Of a stretch of DNA of 64,000 nt, positions 57,016 through 64,000 are shown in pieces. How positions within the stretch are numbered: position 1 is the stretch's first letter; each line of letters begins with the position of its first letter. Below the pieces are notes generated by a model. The model saw only the letters and a program-made list of their open reading frames with translations. It did no database searches and was not told the DNA's origin. The stretch is from Octopus vulgaris (taxonomy: Eukaryota). The position numbers and the translations under genes are program-made. Where the stretch lies: assembly GCA_951406725.2 (NCBI GenBank), contig OX597828.1, forward strand, positions 35,030,001 through 35,094,000. The letters run 5' to 3'.

Positions 57016-57744
57016 TCCGTCGTCGGCTAGACGTTGTATTAATGTTGGTAGTGGTGGTGGGAGTAGCGGTTGTCATGAAGGTGGCGGTGATAATCAGGTG
57101 CGGGTGAAGGTGAGAAGTGCTGACGATGGTGGCAGTTGTGGTGGTAGTATTGAGGACGGTGGTGGTTGTAGTCAGGATGACGACGATGGCTGTGTCAGTA
57201 TTGATGGCGTTAGTGGTGCTGCCATGATGGTGGCCATGGTTATGGTGGTGGTGGTGGTGGTGGTGGTGGTGGTGGTGGTGGTGGTGGTGGTGGTGGTGGT
57301 GGTGGTGGTGGTGATGGTGGTGGTAGTGTTGGTAGGAGATGGTTAATTGAAGGAACAAGTGCTGAAGCAATGCAGATTGTATTGTGCGACATCTTATTTC
57401 CTTCACTGATCATCAAAGTTCGCTCGTTGGCTGGTTCGCTGGTTGGTTGGCTTGTTGTGTTAAGTGAGTGAGAGGAAGAGAGAGAGGGAGAGGAGGGGGG
57501 AGGATAAGTGAGGAGACTGGGATAAAGGATGGCCAACATCAGTGTCAGATTTAGCAATAAGAAACATCCAAAAGACAGTAACAACAACAACAATGGCAGT
57601 AATGCCGAGGCTGTGCCAAGTCATCGACTCAACAGAATGTTAATAATACTAAATCAATTGTAACAACTCCAACTCTAACCCTAACTGCCAGATTCGCCTT
57701 CAATTTGCTATGATTACAACTGTTATTGCTGCTGCTGCTGTTGC

Positions 57745-58016
57745 TCTTGCTGTTGCTGTTGAACGAACGGTCTTCGTCCCAGAGCTCGCAAGATGGGAGA
57801 AGTCCGAAACGTGGTCCTTTGCTATTCGTAAGACCCGCAGAAGAGAAAGCAAGGTCAACCCCCGACACCGAGAGCATCGACGGATGGGTGAATGCGCATC
57901 CAGGCTCAGCGGTTGCGTAGGAAGAAAGAGTGAGAGAAAGTTGGAGCGAAAGAGTACAACAGGGGTCTCCACCACCCCCTGCCGGAGCCTCGTGGAGATT
58001 TAGGTGTTTTCGCTCA
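57745..58016 (-). mobile_element. Headless C-body SINE with a third type of 3' tail
   Basis: 57922-58016 matches the C body; 57760-57921 is a different tail ending in (AACAGC)n. Confidence 0.7.
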
Positions 58017-59312
58017 TGCTGCTGCTGCTACTGTCACTGCATTATTTGATTTAGTTCCAGGTCAGCCTGGAACGGTGACTAAATCATTGCGTGGTATATA
58101 CAGCAATTTGGCAGAGTCGTTGGATAGAACGCTTCGAGCTGAGCTTACACTTTGCCAAGCTCAATCATCTTTGCCTTTCACCTTTTCCCGGGCGATATAA
58201 AAAAAAATATCCATTCAAGATGGTGGGTTCACGAAAATTTAAGCGAAGCGTCGTAATGAATGCGTTGCGATATTTTTTGTCTTGGCTCTTCGCATTCTAA
58301 GTTCAAATCTCACCATGAACACATAGGTGACTTAATCCGTCACCCGGTCTTACACCAACACCTGGCACTTCAGGGACTGTTGCAAGCGTTCGGCAGAGGT
58401 TTCCGGCTTAAGGATATTCTTCTCCCTCTTTCCTAACAGTCTCGAAGGCTCTGAAAGTCATAGATATTGCGTTCCCTCTTGGAGTAAAAGACAAAAACGC
58501 GACTTGTGATTTCAGTAATGTCTTTTAGCAGAATCTACTCCTTTTGGAAGCATTCAAACCAAGTCTGTAATTCTAGTATAAATTCTGTTTTTTCCCCTCC
58601 CATTTACGGAAGTTCTGAAACCAGCCATGGCTGTTGTCTTTCTCACTAAGCCATAGAATCTATAAAACAAGGCATTCCTACCGTGACCGTCAAACCATTT
58701 CAGACTACTTTAAGGAGAGCAGAGTTTGACTTTAGGAGGCGAATTAGAAGATTTGTTGCCTCCCATTCCATTACAATTATACTTTTCACCAGTACAGCAA
58801 TGACCACCTGTGCGGGAGTTACATTATGCCCTTCGGCAATACACTTTACTACATATTGCTCCATTCCACTTAGCTGACATAATTGAGTATTTAGTCAGAA
58901 TGCCCAGTTGGCAACAAGTTAACGCGACAGAGTTAACCAGTCGGTGATACAACCCTTGCCAAAACATTCAGGTATGACAAGGGATATTTCCAGCAATAAA
59001 GTGTTATATCCTATCTTTACTGTTTTTACAAACCGGATAATAATACCTTGTGGTATTTGTTATGGTTTTCTGCCCTCCGTGCTTAAATCCAGCCGAGGCG
59101 AGCTCTGCCAGCTTTGCCTTTCATTTCTTCAGGATCGTACCAGTCAAATACTGGAACTATTCTTCTTCTTTATCTTTTTTTTTTATTTTATTCTTCTCCC
59201 TTTTTATCCTTCTCTCGAAGAACCGTCTTTGCTGCACTCAACCTGGAGAGGGACGTGGGAAACTATTCCCCGTGTCTGCACTGGCAGAAAGGATGGGACA
59301 CGGTTTACCTTT

Positions 59313-59502
59313 TAACTTTTACTTGTTTCAGTCATTGGACTGCGGCCATACTGGAGCGCACATTGAAGGGTTTTAATCGATCCCAGTACGTATTTTTGAA
59401 GTCTGGTATCGGTCTCTATTGCCGAACCGCTAATTTACGGTGATGCAAACAAGACAACACCGCTTGTCAAGTAGTGGGGGAAGAAACACACACACACAAC
59501 TA

Positions 59503-59550
<48 letters not shown>

Positions 59551-59690
59551 CATACGACAAGTTTCTACACAATCCCCGTCTACAAAATTCTTTCAGAAAG
59601 AATTGGTTGGCTAAGGAGTATAGTAGAATATTTTCCCACGGTGCCGCGTAGTGGGACTGAACCCGAAGCCATGTGGTTGCAAAATACACA
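59313..59690 (-). mobile_element. Degenerate SINE B
   Basis: tacttgtttcagtcattggactgcggcca...gccgaaccgctaa...agtgggactgaacccg. Confidence 0.8.
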
Positions 59691-60929
59691 TCTTCAGACA
59701 TGTCTTTTTTTAACCTCCGGAGAGCTCTGAAGAGCCGCCAACGCTCCACGATTTGGCAGTTGTCGATGACAACGACGACAACGATGTTGGTGATCATAGT
59801 GATGATGATGATGGGACGTGACAAAGAACTGGCTGCTATTTTTAGCAAGTTGTATGACCACGGAAAAGACCTTTCATTGATTCGAAATGAGAACATTGTT
59901 TTGTTGATGCAACTGCTGCTGTTGCTGTTGCTGCTGTTGTTACTATTGCTGCTTATACATTAATCCAATTAAGGTTTTAGAGGCAAACACAGATTATGTT
60001 TGCCCTTTACGCTTGAACTTCATAACCATCTGAAAACCTCTAACATATACCATCTCATTCAGCCATTCAGCCATTCATATGTATTCTATTTTGGCTTAGT
60101 GGCGGCGGTGGTAGTGTGGTGGTGGTAGTGGTGGTGGTGGTTGGTGTGGCAGTGGCGTTGGTGGTAGTGGTGGTGTTGAGGATAATGATTGTGGTGGAGC
60201 AGGTGATAGCAGCTGTGGTGGGGTTGTGGTGGTGGTGGTGGTGGTGGTGGTGGTGGTGGTGGTGGTGGTTGTGGTGGTGACGGTGGTGACGGTGGTGATT
60301 TTGGTAGTAGCGTGAAGTATGAAGATTTTGGTAGTAGCGCGAGTAAAATTGTTTAAACTGTGTATCGTTTGTTTCAGTATTTCTCCAACGCCCCAGATTC
60401 ATAAGAAGGACACATTGCTGGGCCCTGAACTTGCACAGGCTCACAAGACCCTCATTAACTATACAATAACACACAATGCTTCAGGGCAACAAATTAATTG
60501 CATTTACGCATCGTGATATCTATTTACAACGCGATGGTTTAAAATAGCTACAGTTAAGAGAATTCGCGATAGGCACAGAGCAGTTTTGTTGACCTTTTAA
60601 AGAATCTTCTTCTGGTCCCGACAAGCGTCTGGTTCGTCGAGCTTTTCCATTAATTAAACTTCTTAATCGTTAAATAATCGTGTAAGTGGCTGAGTAAACT
60701 AGAAACATGTATACTCTTAACGTAATTCTCGACACGAATCAGCGTGATGCGGTATATGATAAGGGTGTATCTTTGAGTTACAATCTTCGCAGTTTCGTGC
60801 TACTCAATGACATTAACCCATCTTGGGTCGATTCTCGATCTGAGGTCAAAGAAAAAGGAAAAAAATAAATAAATATATAAAATAACCCTACTTCAAGATA
60901 CCAAGCAATGAGATCGAACTCTTGTTCTC

Positions 60930-61950
60930 ATGGTTGCGAAGCGAACTTCTTAAGCACTTCTCTATATCTTGTGTACGTTATTAGCATAAAACACGGTTGA
61001 CTTGTTTGCCCTATATTTTCAAGTAGATCGAAATCTACGCGACAATTATAACTGACCATACATACACACACACACATACATGCGTACACAGGCTTCGCTT
61101 GTTGTAGGCTCGAGGCGTCCGATGACATACATTCGCACATATCAATTATATTTCCTGCGCATGTGTAGCTATAATAATTGTCTTCTTACTGAACAGGTCA
61201 TGACATGCACTGACTCCCTCTAATACACGAAATATAGTGCGGTTATTAACGCTTCAGTTATTATAAACCTTAGCATTAGTGTAATATGTCTTTGCGAGAT
61301 CACAGAACACATGTATTCATACGCTGCAGCACACGGCTTGTATTCGGACACATCACGCCAATTAATATAGTGCCTGTATAAAGGTAAAGTTCATCATATC
61401 ACCTTTGCACATGTAATATATACATAGTCAAATAGTTTGTACGATATACTGGTCTATAATAGTTATTGGTATGAGGCTCAAATTATACATTTATCATTGA
61501 TCAGAACATTGTACGTAGTTGTTGGTACTATTTACAGGGAACAACAGCAGTTATCGAGAGAACTACTTTTCGGCTCAACGACAACGTAGATAGAACTACA
61601 GCATGCAGAAACCAAAGAAATGTGACTTCATTGGTAGAAACGACTATTGTTACAGCTCTTTGGTCAATGCCAGCCGTTGTAGATGGGACTATTTTCAAAA
61701 TTTACAACAACGATGTCTGTATTATTGAATGACGCTATTTAGAATAGACAGACACCCAAAGATACAAGCCGATGCGACCATTTAGCACAAGAGCTAGAGA
61801 GAATCGTTAGACACGCGCCAAAAAGGATGTTTGCCAAGATTTTAGTGGAAAAAAGAACACAAAATTAGTTCAAAGCGTAGATTATAGCATAAAAGACGAG
61901 GTGATATTAGTTCTTTTCATTCGTATTTCTACACCAAGAATAAAAAGGAA
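60930..61950 (-). mobile_element. Possible very old Penelope-like RT-thumb/GIY-YIG remnant
   Basis: Frame-broken motifs in the expected order: FLGVEI, NILFG, TCS...TCAG, ENIGQT. Confidence 0.3.
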
Positions 61951-61966
61951 ATACTGTGTGTGTGTA

Positions 61967-62061
<95 letters not shown>

Positions 62062-62091
62062 TATATAATATATTATATATCATATATATAT

Positions 62092-62158
<67 letters not shown>

Positions 62159-62248
62159 GACCTGTTATATATATATATATATATATATCGAAGCTTTTGT
62201 GTTTCTAAAGCACACGATCTCAGATCAAATTAATGGAGTACATCTCCG

Positions 62249-62286
<38 letters not shown>

Positions 62287-62427
62287 CAATTTTCTAAATG
62301 AAAACAATTTTCTAATGCCAAATATGCCGAAATTAGACACATAGTCCATAACCATATAATTCATCCCAATACGCACGCTACTCGAAAAAGGTCGACAGAA
62401 ATTTCTAAAAGATTCCATTATTACCAT

Positions 62428-62478
62428 ATCGGACCGATGTCAGGGTTAGTTCATAAGAACCCTCCCTTCGTCAGTGAT
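62428..62478 (-). ncRNA. Degenerate hammerhead-like motif
   Basis: AUCA-CUGACGA-A-GGG...CCCU-GACA-UCGG-UC-CGAU (GAAA mutated to GACA). Confidence 0.45.
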
Positions 62479-62624
62479 AAATGTGGCAAAGAAATATGTG
62501 TATGTAGGTTTTCGTCACTGTTTACAGTTTTATAGTTATCTTTAAAAGAATTTTTAAACGTATCTTCTAGATGTAATTTTTGACGCTGAATCCGAATTTG
62601 TTATTCATTTATTCCAGAAAATTT

Positions 62625-63222
62625 TTTCAAAAATGTTACGGGTGTTCAAAATTTAATAATTTTCAGAATTTTCAACCAATCAGAAAACAGCGCGTTCGCT
62701 ACCTCTTCCATCATCAGGGTGTGGGATATCGGCATGTCAAAACGTGGAACTAGCTACAACAAACAAACCAGCAGGAGTTGCTAGAAATAACAGTTAACAC
62801 ATTAAAATGTACACTAAGTTAGCATTAAAACATTCGTGGGAAAATTGAATGTTTTAAAGCTACGATCAAACCAACAGGAGTTGCTAGAAATAACAGTCAC
62901 ATTGTTTAAAACAGACGTTTATTAGTTTAAAAGTTTCAAGAACGAAAGTTTACAATACACTCTAGGATTTTATAAAATTAATTATCTTTCTCATATAAAT
63001 TCACATAAATTCACAAAGATAAGAGTCAAGAACAGAACGATGTATTCCATACCAGCGTTTGTTTCCTACACCCCTTTTCCGCATGCGCAGCATCTTTGAT
63101 ACTGCGGAAGCAGAGTATAAAATACTCGCTTTTGGTTACTATGGAAACAGATGTGCGAAATACTCGCTTCTGATTGGTTACTCGCCCAGATTTTGAACAA
63201 TATAAAGACCGATAACTTTTTT
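62625..63222. mobile_element. Possible old non-autonomous DNA transposon with inverted subterminal motifs
   Basis: Inverted motif series gtta...tgttcaaaat...aaccaatcagaa versus ttctgattggtt...attttgaaca...taac; internal ~30-bp direct repeat caaacca.caggagttgctagaaataacagt. Confidence 0.4.
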
Positions 63223-63394
63223 TATTGTGGATTTATAGGGGAAATGAATTTCATTTTCATTTTCATAATTAGCATACAAAACTTAATCCATATACCAAAC
63301 TTGAGATCAATTTGAATAGAATTGTAAACAGTGGCGAAAACCACAAAGATCCCACACATACATGTACATACCCCCCCCCACACACACATATATA

Positions 63395-63470
<76 letters not shown>

Positions 63471-63678
63471 CGTATATATATATATATATATATAGTATAT
63501 ATATATTATATATATATGTAGCTGGAAGCGTATATAATTACGAACACCAGGACACAAGGGACATATATATATATATGTATGTATGTATATAATTGCAAAT
63601 TTGTTACATTCTTCTTTCTCCAAAAACGAATTTTCCTATTTGTTTGTATATATATATATAGAGAGAGAGAGAGATTTG

Positions 63679-63710
<32 letters not shown>

Positions 63711-64000
63711 TGTATGTATGTATGTATGTATGTATGTATGTGGGTAATGTCTCTATGTGTGTGTGTCTGCGTGCCTGCGGGCATGCATGTGTGTATGCAT
63801 GTCAGTCTGGTTAGATGATGGAGATTTGGAAAATGTTAGGATGGGAGAGTTTCAGCCCTTAGGTCAAGACAGTAATTATTTCAATCATTACTTTTGACCC
63901 CAGGATTGATTTTAAATAACTTTCACCTTTCATACCGGAAGAAGTCAAACGAGTCGCTCATTCTTTTTCTTTTTAGATTTATTTGTTTTACCTTTTTGCA

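Overview
This is AT-rich animal genomic DNA dominated by microsatellites and decayed mobile elements. The repeat landscape looks like an octopod cephalopod (inference, not checked by search). No host protein-coding exon is recognisable, and nearly all listed ORFs are microsatellite translations. Supported content: (1) several tRNA-headed SINE families (working names A1/A2, B, C/D, E, G, H); (2) two Tc1/mariner-superfamily remnants; (3) 3' fragments of a CR1-type and an R4/Dong-type LINE; (4) Penelope-like element (PLE) remnants, with about seven hammerhead-ribozyme-like motifs; (5) a ~4.8 kb diverged duplication across a 100-N gap, probably two haplotypes, showing reciprocal SINE presence/absence. 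Most interesting: a TSD-flanked SINE built as tRNA head-(AAT)n-hammerhead tail (45656-46093); three independent insertions of SINE A1 at the same position of a related SINE; a near-canonical hammerhead at 24550-24630; a recurrent structured motif downstream of PLE hammerheads; and a strong recursive-splice-site candidate at 53676/53677, suggesting the window lies inside a giant + strand intron.
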